Shown here one piece after another: positions 48,057 to 58,028 of a DNA stretch of 64,000 nt. The stretch lies in the IMG/VR virus record IMGVR_UViG_3300031088_000759; one strand, written 5' to 3'. The DNA comes from a virus. The position numbers and the translations under genes are program-made. The notes beneath the pieces were generated by a model, which was given only the letters and a program-made list of their open reading frames with translations, made no database searches and was not told where the DNA came from. Every line of letters begins with the position of its first letter. Within the stretch, counting starts at the first letter, position 1.

Positions 48057-48494
48057 TCACTCGTTAGCGTCTTTTTTGTGTATTCTGACACCTTTGAATT
48101 CTTTGTCTTGTTGTTCTTTTAAGTTTTCTTGGTTTCTCATGTTTTTCCATTCAGGAATTATTTTGGTGACGAAAAGATATAAGGCATGAATCCAGAAGGC
48201 AATCCATATGATACTGAACAGTTTTACAAGAAGTGAAGCTATAATTGCTATGGGTGTTGGCCCTAAAATCCATATCCCCCATGTAAAGAATTGTAGAATA
48301 ATTAATCCTGTCATCCATGTTGCCATTTTAGGTTTATGGGCTATGAGATAAACAACTGGAACAAGAATATTGATGATGAGCGAAGCTATTGCTGCTATGA
48401 GTCTTACTTCGCTGGGCTGTTTTGACAATGTTTCATCTAAATTTCTGTAAATGACATAGATGGGTTCAAGTTTTTGATTTATGGTTTCCAGCAT
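48057..48494 (-). CDS. Membrane protein, 3 TM segments
   Basis: Hydrophobic helices; CAGGAG SD. Confidence 0.72.
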   Translation of the reverse strand: MLETINQKLEPIYVIYRNLDETLSKQPSEVRLIAAIASLIINILVPVVYLIAHKPKMATWMTGLIILQFFTWGIWILGPTPIAIIASLLVKLFSIIWIAFWIHALYLFVTKIIPEWKNMRNQENLKEQQDKEFKGVRIHKKDANE

Positions 48495-48672
48495 ATTAAC
48501 TCCTGCATTGGTGATGATTGCTTTGTTATAAGAAATATCTGAATATCAAAGACTTGGAAAGCGCTTGCTGTAAGGCTTTGATTAACTATCTGATACATTT
48601 TGTTGTTGAGGCTTCTTAAACGCTTCTACGGGGCGTTCTGAGGCCATATGAACGGTGTTGCGTAGTTATGAG

Positions 48673-48711
48673 AAGAATCCCCAAACCATTCGTTGTGGTT
48701 TGGGGATTCTT
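48673..48711 (-). terminator. Terminator-like hairpin
   Basis: Perfect 16-bp IR downstream of the 48728 gene. Confidence 0.65.
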
Positions 48712-48727
48712 TCTGTTTCTTCAACTA

Positions 48728-49051
48728 TCAAAGATTGACTGATAGGTCAGCTTCACGAATCTTTCGGTTTGTGCTTTCTACTACTGGTTTCAAAGCTCCC
48801 TCAGCATGAATTTCAGGAACAATGTAGAACCCTTTATCAAGGTCTAAATTGAGAGATACGCTATTCATTATCTCACCTTGGAACCAATATGATTCAGGAA
48901 CACTTGTTGTAAAGAGTTCAAGAAAATCTTCTTTTTTCTTCTCGTAGAATTTAACAGCACCTTCGGGCATTTCTTCTTGACGGAAGACTCCAATATTCTT
49001 ATCCAAGATAGTGTATAGATGAAGAGCATCTTCTCTAGTCATAGTAGCCAT
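48728..49051 (-). CDS. Hypothetical protein, 107 aa
   Basis: GAAAGG SD; terminator downstream. Confidence 0.75.
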   Translation of the reverse strand: MATMTREDALHLYTILDKNIGVFRQEEMPEGAVKFYEKKKEDFLELFTTSVPESYWFQGEIMNSVSLNLDLDKGFYIVPEIHAEGALKPVVESTNRKIREADLSVNL

Positions 49052-49161
49052 TTTAATCAGTGACCTTTCTCAGTTATATACATTCTCAATAAACAGAAAC
49101 TTTTTCTGTTTTTGTATTTTAACAAATTTGCAATATTTCTTGCTGAATTATTAAAACATTT

Positions 49162-50268
49162 TCAACTTTCTAACTGCGGAATTCCAGCAATATTGAAAAT
49201 AAGCCTGGGACTCATTTCACCCCCATATTCGTTTTCGTACTCTACAAGAGCAATAATATGATCCAACGTCAAATTAGATTCAGGATAATTGAGGTCCCTA
49301 ATGTTTTCATAAGCTTTCACAAAATTTTCTACTCCATAGGCGGTAAAAACAAGAGCAGTGAAGTGAGCAAAATAATTCTTTCTGTTCTCCACCTTTATCT
49401 CTTCTTCTCTTGTTGCCCTGTATCGACTATAACCATAAGCAAAAAGATCAGGATTTGAATTTCGAATTGCACTAACAATAGGTAAAACCTCATTTTCTAG
49501 AATGCCATATTCTTTTGAAAGGTTTTTTGTAATATTGTCATAATTTAAATCTTGAAAAATTCTATAATATATCTCAAAATCTTCGTAATTCTGCTTTTCG
49601 ATTTTGTTGAACGAATTTGTAAGAATCTCCATAGTTCTCTCATTCTTCAAAATTTCTTTCATCAAAAAATCTGCGTAGTTAATAATAAAGTTTAAAATTG
49701 TGTTATTGAATTTATTGACATTACTGATAATTTCATCGGGAAGCGAAACCAGAGCTTCATACGCTTGTTTCTGTTTGCTAAGTGTTTGACCATAATCTTT
49801 GAAAACTTGAAGAACATTAGCAACAGGCATTCTTCGACTGAGCACATAAATCATTTCAAGAGTGCTTTGTTTTGTTTTATCATCCATTTGAACAACGCTA
49901 TGCTTAGCAATTTCAGCGATGGTTTCAAGGCTCAAATCTTCACTATTGTTGAGGATAATAATCATTGCTGCAAGACTTTTAGGAATGCCTGCTGAAACAA
50001 ATTTCCTAATTTTTGGAAGACTTGCTTCGTCAATCTCTAATGTTCCCACAATATTGATCAAGGCTTTGTTAATCCTCGTAGCAAAAATAGCGTCATCTGA
50101 TAGGTAGTCAAGAAGTTCACTGATTTCTTCTTCTGAAACTTTCCAGTCTATTTCAGCAATTGGGTATCCATCAATAAGAATTTGATTGTTGATAGTCTTA
50201 TTGGAAGGTACAACTGTTATTTCATGGCTTGTGAGTCCATGTATTTTTCTTGTGTCTATGAGCAACAT
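49162..50268 (-). CDS. Hypothetical protein, 368 aa; possible distant 'PF motif' family member
   Basis: HFTALVF...NFVKAYENI; ends EMSPRLIFNI; TTGATT-N17-TATTAT promoter upstream. Confidence 0.75.
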   Translation of the reverse strand: MLLIDTRKIHGLTSHEITVVPSNKTINNQILIDGYPIAEIDWKVSEEEISELLDYLSDDAIFATRINKALINIVGTLEIDEASLPKIRKFVSAGIPKSLAAMIIILNNSEDLSLETIAEIAKHSVVQMDDKTKQSTLEMIYVLSRRMPVANVLQVFKDYGQTLSKQKQAYEALVSLPDEIISNVNKFNNTILNFIINYADFLMKEILKNERTMEILTNSFNKIEKQNYEDFEIYYRIFQDLNYDNITKNLSKEYGILENEVLPIVSAIRNSNPDLFAYGYSRYRATREEEIKVENRKNYFAHFTALVFTAYGVENFVKAYENIRDLNYPESNLTLDHIIALVEYENEYGGEMSPRLIFNIAGIPQLES

Positions 50269-50492
50269 TATTCTACTCCTGCTATTTTAGAATGTGTTCA
50301 AACATAATAGCATAGTATTTCTTGTAAATCAAGTGGAATAGTTGCTTAATTTTAATTTTTGTTTTATTGGTTTTTGAACAACTATTTCAGTGTCAAATCT
50401 TGTTTAGCGAGAGTTTAGTGACTTGTGAGATAAGGAACAAGTAGGGTTTTGTCAACTTTTTAAAAGAATTCTTTGTCTTTAAAATTTTGTTG

Positions 50493-50909
50493 TCAGCTGG
50501 CAAGAACAACGTTTCGGTCAATGTCCACAATCTCAGAGAGGGCCTTCTCACCGGCACGAATGTTCTCAATGGTGGAAACGGGAAGAAGCGCCTTGATATC
50601 GCCAGAAACCTCGCTAAGAATGGTTCGGACGTGATGGTGAACCAGGTTCTCAATCTTCTGCTTGTTGAAACGACGAGCGGAAAGGTGCTCATCCCAGGCA
50701 ATAGCATAAGAAATGGAATCACAGTCAGGGTTCAGAGTATCCCATGCCTGCTTGAAGCTGTTGTAAGTAAGAATGAACATACGAAGCTCCGCACGATCAC
50801 GGCTAGTAGAGCAAGTATCACGACGCGAAATGATCTCAACGTCAAGAGTGTTGATAATAGCGGCCATGGCCCTACGGGCTGCAGTGTCTCGCATGACATT
50901 TCCGAACAT
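50493..50909 (-). CDS. Hypothetical protein, 138 aa, GC-rich gene
   Basis: AAGGGAG SD and promoter on the minus strand. Confidence 0.72.
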   Translation of the reverse strand: MFGNVMRDTAARRAMAAIINTLDVEIISRRDTCSTSRDRAELRMFILTYNSFKQAWDTLNPDCDSISYAIAWDEHLSARRFNKQKIENLVHHHVRTILSEVSGDIKALLPVSTIENIRAGEKALSEIVDIDRNVVLAS

Positions 50910-50959
50910 TTCAGACTCCCTTTTTCCTCACTGGCTTTTCTTGCTTCCTTATACCTGAA

Positions 50960-50988
50960 ATCTTACCACATCTGAACCACTAAATCAA
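50960..50988 (-). promoter_or_regulatory. Extended -10 sigma70-type promoter
   Basis: TTGATT-N17-TAAGAT with TG at -15/-14. Confidence 0.6.
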
Positions 50989-51055
50989 GCCCCAGAGAAA
51001 ATTTTTTAAAATAATTTTCAAAGCAAAACTACTGGTCAGAGCGTTTTTTGAGCAC

Positions 51056-51084
51056 TTGACAAAGAGATTTTTAAGCTCTATAAT
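51056..51084 (+). promoter_or_regulatory. Perfect consensus sigma70 promoter with no ORF for about 230 nt downstream
   Basis: TTGACA-N17-TATAAT. Confidence 0.7.
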
Positions 51085-51316
51085 CACGCGATCAAAAGCG
51101 CTTAAAACTAATATCAGAGTCCCTAAAAACACCTGTATTATACTAAACAAAAGCGCTAAAAAGCCGCTGTTTTTCGCAGCTATAGAACCTCGCCATAGAA
51201 GGTAAAGTTTTAGCAAAATAAACTTGAAACGTTTCAAATTTATATTTTGATTTTTTGACGATTTTTCTTGTTAAGATAAAGTTAAGAATAAACAATAACC
51301 CGAAAGGATGATTATT

Positions 51317-51448
51317 ATGATTGATACACAAAACTATGTTGAGGAAAATCGCTATGTTGCTGAAAGCGATTGGAACGCTCCAAGCGAAGAAGATATGAAC
51401 GATTATCTTACAGGCAACCTATTAAGCGAAAGACCTGTCTCAGCCTGA
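51317..51448 (+). CDS. Small acidic protein, 43 aa (not in ORF track)
   Basis: MIDTQNYVEENRYVAESDWNAPSEEDMNDYLTGNLLSERPVSA; GAAAGGA SD; terminator follows. Confidence 0.6.
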   Translation: MIDTQNYVEENRYVAESDWNAPSEEDMNDYLTGNLLSERPVSA

Positions 51449-51457
51449 AAACACTAT

Positions 51458-51515
51458 AAAAAAGATCATCTAAAAGATTAAGAATTTCCACGTAATCTTT
51501 TGGATGATCTTTTTT
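51458..51515 (+). terminator. Long-stem terminator
   Basis: 23-bp stem with one U.G pair on the plus strand. Confidence 0.65.
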
Positions 51516-51531
51516 AACATTCTACTGTTTT

Positions 51532-51584
51532 TGAGTGTATTAAAACCCCAAGCCATTTTTGAACTTGGGGTTTTAATACACTCA
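51532..51584 (-). terminator. Long-stem terminator of the 4xHTH gene
   Basis: Perfect 21-bp IR. Confidence 0.65.
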
Positions 51585-51601
51585 GTTTTTCAAACTATAA
51601 T

Positions 51602-52552
51602 TCAAGATTTTTTGACAATCTTGTAGCGAACGTTGATCTTCAATCCGTCAATGTATCGTTTGAGAGTAGACATGGAAGCTTGTGAGGTGGGGAAAATTTT
51701 CACCGCACGATAAGTAGTTCCAATTTCCCTAGCAAAATCAGAAGGAGTATATCCTTGAGAAACGCGAAGTTCATCTAAGAACCCAGGAAGATCCGTAGCT
51801 GCAATATTCTGATCATCAACAATAACACGAAGCTGGTAGCCCATACTATCCACAACCTTAGCTGCAGTAGTCAGTCGAGTATTAGACTGTTCAACCTTTG
51901 CCATAGAAGCGTCTTTAATGCCAGCCAGACGAGCAACTTCTGCCTTGCTGAAGCCCTTCTTCTCTCGAAGAGACTTAATTTGATCACCAAGACGATTATC
52001 AGCCTTAATTTCAGCAATATCTTTAATCATAGACTGCTTGAAATCAGCACGAAGTGACTTAAGCTTTTCCTTGTCAAGAAACTCAGAAGGGATCACAATT
52101 GAATTATCTTCATTGTTGATAACAGTGTACTCGGCTCGCAGACCAATAGCATCAATAAAACGTGAATAACTGCGAACACGAGGCGCAGCAGCCTTTTCGA
52201 AAACATTCACGCTAGCATAGGGAACACCCATGGTATGAGCAATCATTGAGCGTGGCACATCATTGACCTGACGATAATCAGCAAGCGCATCACGAAGCCC
52301 AAGAAGATTCGTAGTGGCAACCTCAGCATCATCCTTGAAAAGCTTCACTTCAACAGTGGTATCAAGCATTTCAGAAATTTTGTGAAGAATGTTGATAGAG
52401 CCACGTCCATCTTCAACACTCGTATATGCAACATGAGTCATCTCATCGTTACGAACCACGTTAATACTCGTACGAGACTTCAGACGCACAGCCTTCAGGC
52501 GGAATCCGATCTCCTCAATATCACTGAAAACTGCTGTATCAAAATTCGACAT
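51602..52552 (-). CDS. Protein with four tandem XRE/Cro-C1-type HTH domains (316 aa)
   Basis: Units starting RLKAVRLKS, DALADYRQVN, DQIKSLREKKGFSKAEVARLAGI, FLDELRVSQGYTPSDFAREIG; start MSNFD. Confidence 0.75.
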   Translation of the reverse strand: MSNFDTAVFSDIEEIGFRLKAVRLKSRTSINVVRNDEMTHVAYTSVEDGRGSINILHKISEMLDTTVEVKLFKDDAEVATTNLLGLRDALADYRQVNDVPRSMIAHTMGVPYASVNVFEKAAAPRVRSYSRFIDAIGLRAEYTVINNEDNSIVIPSEFLDKEKLKSLRADFKQSMIKDIAEIKADNRLGDQIKSLREKKGFSKAEVARLAGIKDASMAKVEQSNTRLTTAAKVVDSMGYQLRVIVDDQNIAATDLPGFLDELRVSQGYTPSDFAREIGTTYRAVKIFPTSQASMSTLKRYIDGLKINVRYKIVKKS

Positions 52553-52597
52553 AATATTCTCTTTCTCATTTCTCACTCGAAAAAACTTTATAGCAAA

Positions 52598-52627
52598 ATT
52601 ATAACATAATAAAAAAGCTTTTGTCAA
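52598..52627 (-). promoter_or_regulatory. Sigma70/SigA-type promoter
   Basis: TTGACA-N18-TATAAT with TG extension. Confidence 0.65.
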
Positions 52628-52827
52628 GCCCGATCAATAATTATTTTATCAAAAATGAAGATTTGATTATACATGCAGGTTGATGATACATTTTAAAATT
52701 TTACCATGAAAAAATTTTATATTTTAAAAATAATAATCTAAACAATAAAATGGTTCTTCTACTCAAGAGAATATTATAAGTATGAGAACTGTCTAAAATC
52801 TTGTCCCTAATCAAAGCAGACAATTCA

Positions 52828-53493
52828 TCAACGACAAGAACAATCAGCAATATTAACCATATTTATCAATTCTTGAGCAAGCTTGATGTATGCTTTATCA
52901 ATTGATGAATCACTAACTTCTATGTATAGTTCTTTTTCACCCAGCAAAGTTCTATCCAGCATGATAGTCAAAATTATTTTATCGTTTTCAATAGTATGAT
53001 TCACATTATCATGCCCATTACGAGTTGACCAAACAAGAGTCGGAATCTGGTTCAATGGATACCAGAACAGCGGAAAACGTTCAATAAAAATATAAGCATC
53101 CTGCCATGATGCTGAAGGCCCTTGAATAGACCTAGCTTTATCCTGCCATGTTTTCCACTCAGCATTCAACTTATCCAATTTATCAACGTCATTGTTCACA
53201 AAAATAAATTGAGGATTATCAGATTCTTGAACCAAAACACAATTGTTTCTCACTTTGTATTTATTCTTTACTGTTGCATCAATAGACAAATTACAATCTT
53301 TCTTAATTGCTTGTGTAATCTGTTCATAATACTCAACTTCATTGTCTTTATCATTCGTTACCCAAAACATATTTTTAGTCTCATCAAATCCCAAAGTTCC
53401 GCACTCTCTAAAACTCGGGATTTTATTTGTGAACCACTCTGGAAGATTGTGTTCTTGATAGTTCTTTGGTGATTCTGTTTCTTGTATACTCAT
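52828..53493 (-). CDS. Hypothetical protein, about 221 aa
   Basis: Start MSIQETE with AAAGG SD. Confidence 0.72.
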   Translation of the reverse strand: MSIQETESPKNYQEHNLPEWFTNKIPSFRECGTLGFDETKNMFWVTNDKDNEVEYYEQITQAIKKDCNLSIDATVKNKYKVRNNCVLVQESDNPQFIFVNNDVDKLDKLNAEWKTWQDKARSIQGPSASWQDAYIFIERFPLFWYPLNQIPTLVWSTRNGHDNVNHTIENDKIILTIMLDRTLLGEKELYIEVSDSSIDKAYIKLAQELINMVNIADCSCR

Positions 53494-53562
53494 AATTACC
53501 TTTATCCTATAATTGTTTTTAAATAGCTTAACAAAACTCATCTTTAAAAACACATAAACAAA

Positions 53563-53618
53563 ATAGAATATTCCAACCCAAACATGTAATCACAAAAGTT
53601 TGGGTTGGAATATTCTAT
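53563..53618 (-). terminator. Long-stem terminator
   Basis: Perfect 21-bp IR. Confidence 0.65.
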
Positions 53619-53629
53619 AAATTAAACAA

Positions 53630-54733
53630 TCAGTATTGGAACACTACTGAAGAAGGATAAATTTCAGCAAAACCTTTGACCTCATCCAGGACTAATTGAT
53701 CCAAGTCATCCACCAAAATCAAAACTTTCTTGTTTTTCTCTTCATAACCTTCAAAAGAGTCAATACTATAAAGACTATTCACAAAAGCATTTATTACCTC
53801 AGCTGATGAGTGTCTTACATCAACAGTAATCAAATAATCATCGTTATCCTCTTTCAGAAAATCCCGAACCTTAGAGAAAGAACGACGAACCTTTTGGTTG
53901 CTAAGGTCATTGTCTAAAAGATTTGTCAAATCAATGTTCAAGAATTCATACCCTTTGTTCTTAGCAGCCATCAAAGCTAAGAACAAAGAATTATTCTCAT
54001 TGTCAGAATCCACAATAACACCAAATGAAGATCCTTCTCTTGTAGCATGTGTATCCAGAATACTAATAAATTCAGAACCTGAAGAAATATTATCTCCTCT
54101 ATAATAATGAACAGTTTCAGAACTATCAGAAAGATTATTCATAGAAACGCTATTAATCTTGCTGTTAGCCTTCTCAGTAAGTGCGTGTAATTGAACATTG
54201 AGGGAATTCAGTAAATTATCAAACTTTTCAGCGTTCCTCTCATTAGCCACATGCTTGTTCCATTTATTACCAAGGTCAGATAACGCTTCCGAATAGTTCT
54301 TGCCCTTAGTGTTTTGATGATTTGCGGCTTCGTGATTGAACCCTGTACTAGGTGTTGTACGCATTAAGCTTTCTACTTCTTCTTCAACGCTCTTGCTGTT
54401 TTTCTCTGATTCATTATCTAATCCACCCATTGCGTCTGAAAACGCTGTGTTTCTAGTTTTTTCTGGTTCACCTTGCTCATCAGTGTTAACTTTTTCGTTG
54501 AGCCGAGAAACTGCTTCTGAAAATTTTGTAGAAACTGTTGAAGAGAAAACACCTAATTTTTCTTCAGCTTTATTAAGAGATGACTCAACATCAAAATCTT
54601 TAAAGCTTTTAGAACTATGACTTTGGCTTTCACTGTCCCAGTTCTTTTTAGGCTTGTTAAATTTTTGCTCTGTTTCTCGAACTTTATTTGTCAATCCATT
54701 CAAAAAATTGCTAATGGGGGTTTTATCACTCAT
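53630..54733 (-). CDS. Hypothetical protein coupled to clpB (polar N-half, alpha/beta C-terminal domain)
   Basis: ATGAGTGA overlap with the clpB stop. Confidence 0.72.
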   Translation of the reverse strand: MSDKTPISNFLNGLTNKVRETEQKFNKPKKNWDSESQSHSSKSFKDFDVESSLNKAEEKLGVFSSTVSTKFSEAVSRLNEKVNTDEQGEPEKTRNTAFSDAMGGLDNESEKNSKSVEEEVESLMRTTPSTGFNHEAANHQNTKGKNYSEALSDLGNKWNKHVANERNAEKFDNLLNSLNVQLHALTEKANSKINSVSMNNLSDSSETVHYYRGDNISSGSEFISILDTHATREGSSFGVIVDSDNENNSLFLALMAAKNKGYEFLNIDLTNLLDNDLSNQKVRRSFSKVRDFLKEDNDDYLITVDVRHSSAEVINAFVNSLYSIDSFEGYEEKNKKVLILVDDLDQLVLDEVKGFAEIYPSSVVFQY

Positions 54734-57419
54734 TGTTTTCTCCTTCATCTGAGTTTGTCATGCTTTCAATAACTTCTTTCATTTCAACGTTTAGGTCACT
54801 TGTTGCAACTGCGACTATATTAAGCTCTTCTGTTGCTTCATCCATTTCCACAATAGCGGTTTGTCCATCATAGAGTTTTCCTTCAAGAATCATCATAGCC
54901 ACTGTGTCACCAATTTGCTTTTGGATTAAACGACGAAGTGGACGAGCACCGTATGCTGGATCGTAACCATTCTCAGATAGCCAATCCATAGCTTCATCTG
55001 AAACTTTAATGCCAATGTTCTTATGAGAAAGACGGTTAGCAAAATCAGCTACTTGAAGATTAACAATTACTCTTAATTCTTCCTGCGAAAGAGCATTGAA
55101 AATCACAATTTCATCTAAACGGTTGATAAATTCAGGTCGGAAAGAGCTTTTTACAGCGTCCATAACATAATCATGTTGTTCTTGCGTTGACAGAGTATCA
55201 TCAATCAAAGCTGAAGCTCCTAAGTTAGAAGTCAGAACAATAATAGTGTTTCTGAAATCAACAGTTGTTCCCTGTCCATCAGTTAGTCTACCATCATCAA
55301 AAACTTGTAGAAGAATGTCAAAGACTTCAGCATGTGCTTTTTCAACTTCGTCAAGAAGCACTACACTGTAAGGTTTGTTTCGAACAGCTTCAGTCAACTG
55401 TCCACCTGCTTCATATCCAGCGTATCCTGGAGGTGCTCCCACAAGACGTGCCACACTATGCTTTTCACTGAACTCTGACATGTCAACACGAACCATAGCA
55501 TTCTCATCATCAAACAAGAACTTAGCCAAAGTCTTAGCAAAGAAGGTTTTTCCTGAACCAGAAGGACCAAGGAACATGAAAGAACCAGTAGGTCGATTCG
55601 GATCGTTGACACCAGCACGTGAACGACGCACAGCATCACTCACAGCGCTCACAGCATCAGTTTGACCAATAACTTTACTATTGATTGTCTCTTCCATCTT
55701 AATCAAGCGTTGTGCCTCTCCTTCAAGAAGCTTTCCAACTGGAATACCTGTCCAAGCAGCAACAATAGCAGCTACTTCATCGCTTCCGACATGATCAGGA
55801 ACTAATGGTGTTTTAATGACCATAGCAAATTCTTCTTCTAAGCTTTCAATTTCTTTAATAACTTCTGGAATATTGTCATAGCGAATAAAAGAAGCATCCT
55901 GGTATTCGTTGTTTTTCAACAGCTCATCAGCTTTTTTCTCAAGATTATCTCGTTCAACCTTTAATGTAGTGATTTTTGAACGTAATTCTTGCTCACTCTT
56001 CCATTGAGCACGAAGGTTTCGTAGCTCTTCTTCAACATTAGACTTATGAGACTGTAATTCTGTCAATCGCGTAGTGCTGAAATTATCGCTTCCTTTTTCA
56101 AGGGCAATTTCCTCCATTTTCAGCAAGTCTAATTGACGTTGAACATCATCAATCTCATGAGGAGAACTGTCTAATTCCATTCTCAAACGAGTTGCTGCTT
56201 CGTCAATAACATCAATTGCTTTGTCAGGAAGCGCACGATCACTAACATATCTTTCAGAAAGGTGAGCAGCTGCTACTAATGCATCATCAGTAATCTCTAC
56301 TTCATGATGAGCTTCATAACGTGAGACAATACCACGGAGAATAGTAACTGTTTCGGAAATACTAGGTTCTTCAATGTCAATACGCTGGAATCTACGCTCC
56401 AAAGCGCTATCTTTTTCAATATTCTCACGATACTCATCAATAGTAGTAGCACCCACAAGTCGCAAAGTACCACGAGCAAGCATAGGCTTCAAAATCTCAG
56501 CTGCACCATTTTCAGTAATAGTGTGGATTTCATCAATGAAAAGAATAATGTCCCCACTGCTATCTGATGCTTCTTCTAAAACTTTTTTGAATCGTTGTTC
56601 AAATTCACCACGCATTTTCGCACCGGCAATAATAGAAGTCATGTCCAGACTGATCAATCTTTTATCAAGAAGGTTCTTAGGAACATCACGATTAACGATA
56701 CGTTGAGCTAACCCTTCAATCAAAGATGATTTTCCTACACCAGGAAGACCTACAACGACAGGGTTATTCTTGTTCCTTCGAGAAAGCATCTGGACAACTT
56801 GACGAATTTCTTTGTCTCTACCTACTACTGGATCCATCTTTCCATCAGCGGCAATTCTTGTAAGATCTTTACCATACTGCTGAATACCAGACTCTTCATT
56901 GCTGTTCTTGTTATTATCATCAGAAGAAACAGATGAGTTTACAGAAGACGCATTTGAAGAAGCATATTTAGTAGGCACTTCTTTATCCACAGAAGGAAGA
57001 AGATTGATGATTTTATGTTCATTTACGCCGTGTTTTGAGAAAATTTCTTTAAACTCAGGCTCATTAACAAGGGTAAGCAGAATATGGTGACTAAACAGGT
57101 TGTTGTCACCTAGACGTGTTTTAGTGTCATTGATCCGCTCAAAAAACTTAGTAGTTTCGGGAATCAGGTCTTTTTCGTATTCACCGATTTGAGAAGAATC
57201 AACTTGTGAAGCAATAGCATCAGCTTCGTCTTGAAAATCAAGAATTGCAACATTAAGTTGAGACAGAATATTAAAACTTAATGATTGAGAAGAGACAGTT
57301 GACAGAAAATTGTTTTTAGTCAGATGCTTATGATTTCGTCTTTTTACGTCACCAATAGCATCATTGACCCATTGATCAATGTTTCTTGTACTGCTAATTG
57401 CATTCTCAGTATAATTCAT
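54726..57419 (-). CDS. clpB: ATP-dependent disaggregase ClpB
   Basis: DPVVGRDKEIR, RRNKNNPV, GLPGVGKS, ILFIDEIH, DSALERRFQ, LPDKAIDVIDEA, M-domain coiled coil, FLGPSGSGKT, DEVEKAH, FRPEFINRLDE, YGARPLRR; start set to MNYTE. Confidence 0.93.
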   Translation of the reverse strand: MNYTENAISSTRNIDQWVNDAIGDVKRRNHKHLTKNNFLSTVSSQSLSFNILSQLNVAILDFQDEADAIASQVDSSQIGEYEKDLIPETTKFFERINDTKTRLGDNNLFSHHILLTLVNEPEFKEIFSKHGVNEHKIINLLPSVDKEVPTKYASSNASSVNSSVSSDDNNKNSNEESGIQQYGKDLTRIAADGKMDPVVGRDKEIRQVVQMLSRRNKNNPVVVGLPGVGKSSLIEGLAQRIVNRDVPKNLLDKRLISLDMTSIIAGAKMRGEFEQRFKKVLEEASDSSGDIILFIDEIHTITENGAAEILKPMLARGTLRLVGATTIDEYRENIEKDSALERRFQRIDIEEPSISETVTILRGIVSRYEAHHEVEITDDALVAAAHLSERYVSDRALPDKAIDVIDEAATRLRMELDSSPHEIDDVQRQLDLLKMEEIALEKGSDNFSTTRLTELQSHKSNVEEELRNLRAQWKSEQELRSKITTLKVERDNLEKKADELLKNNEYQDASFIRYDNIPEVIKEIESLEEEFAMVIKTPLVPDHVGSDEVAAIVAAWTGIPVGKLLEGEAQRLIKMEETINSKVIGQTDAVSAVSDAVRRSRAGVNDPNRPTGSFMFLGPSGSGKTFFAKTLAKFLFDDENAMVRVDMSEFSEKHSVARLVGAPPGYAGYEAGGQLTEAVRNKPYSVVLLDEVEKAHAEVFDILLQVFDDGRLTDGQGTTVDFRNTIIVLTSNLGASALIDDTLSTQEQHDYVMDAVKSSFRPEFINRLDEIVIFNALSQEELRVIVNLQVADFANRLSHKNIGIKVSDEAMDWLSENGYDPAYGARPLRRLIQKQIGDTVAMMILEGKLYDGQTAIVEMDEATEELNIVAVATSDLNVEMKEVIESMTNSDEGENNE

Positions 57420-57530
57420 AATTATATTCGCCTTCTGTTCTGCTATAAAATATATTACATAATCAAGCGATACTCTATCAAAAATTATAAACCCTGTCAA
57501 GTTAAACTTTTCGTCACTATAAACCTGTTA

Positions 57531-57869
57531 TTAGTGGTATTTTCTGATAGTTGTAGATATAGCATGCAAACCACCTTTATGTTTTGCCACTAGTGGAACT
57601 TCTACTACTCTCATTCGAGGATAAGGAGTGTCTAAAATAGCTTTGCATAATTCAAAGGTTATATAATCCTGATGAGGAAGTATTACCGCTGAAATGCTTC
57701 GGTTATTCTCGTATTCTTTTTTATCGGACACTATTGTACAATTGTCTTTGCTACTATCTACAACAATTAATACGGGAGTCCTTTCCATTTCCTCATCTTC
57801 CACTATTAATGCGTAATAAGCGCTGTGCGGGGAAACATCAAGTTTTGTAGAGTGTGAAAAATTATACAT
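57531..57869 (-). CDS. Hypothetical protein, 112 aa
   Basis: AAGGAGG SD. Confidence 0.72.
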   Translation of the reverse strand: MYNFSHSTKLDVSPHSAYYALIVEDEEMERTPVLIVVDSSKDNCTIVSDKKEYENNRSISAVILPHQDYITFELCKAILDTPYPRMRVVEVPLVAKHKGGLHAISTTIRKYH

Positions 57870-57959
57870 AACTAAACCTCCTTACAATTTTTCTTAAAAG
57901 TTTTGTATCTATATATTATCAAAAATTTTCTTAAAATCTTTCAACGCCCAAAAATAGAA

Positions 57960-58003
57960 GTAGGGCTAAGCAAAAATTTTTAAGACTTTTTGCTTAGCCC
58001 TAC
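57960..58003 (-). terminator. Terminator-like hairpin
   Basis: Perfect 17-bp IR. Confidence 0.65.
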
Positions 58004-58028
58004 ACAAAAAACAAGTTAATTACACTGG

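Noticed and set aside
50487-50975. 162-aa plus-strand ORF overlapping 50493..50909
   Set aside because: Same codon register antisense shadow; the SD and promoter support the minus-strand gene only.
52553-52627. Upstream-extended TTG starts from the ORF track (also 57500 for clpB)
   Set aside because: The TTG is the start of a TTGACA -35 box; downstream ATGs are better starts.
57420-57530. HAIR or CIRCE heat-shock operators at clpB (also checked at hsp20)
   Set aside because: Neither CTTGAGT-N7-ACTCAAG nor TTAGCACTC-N9-GAGTGCTAA was found.
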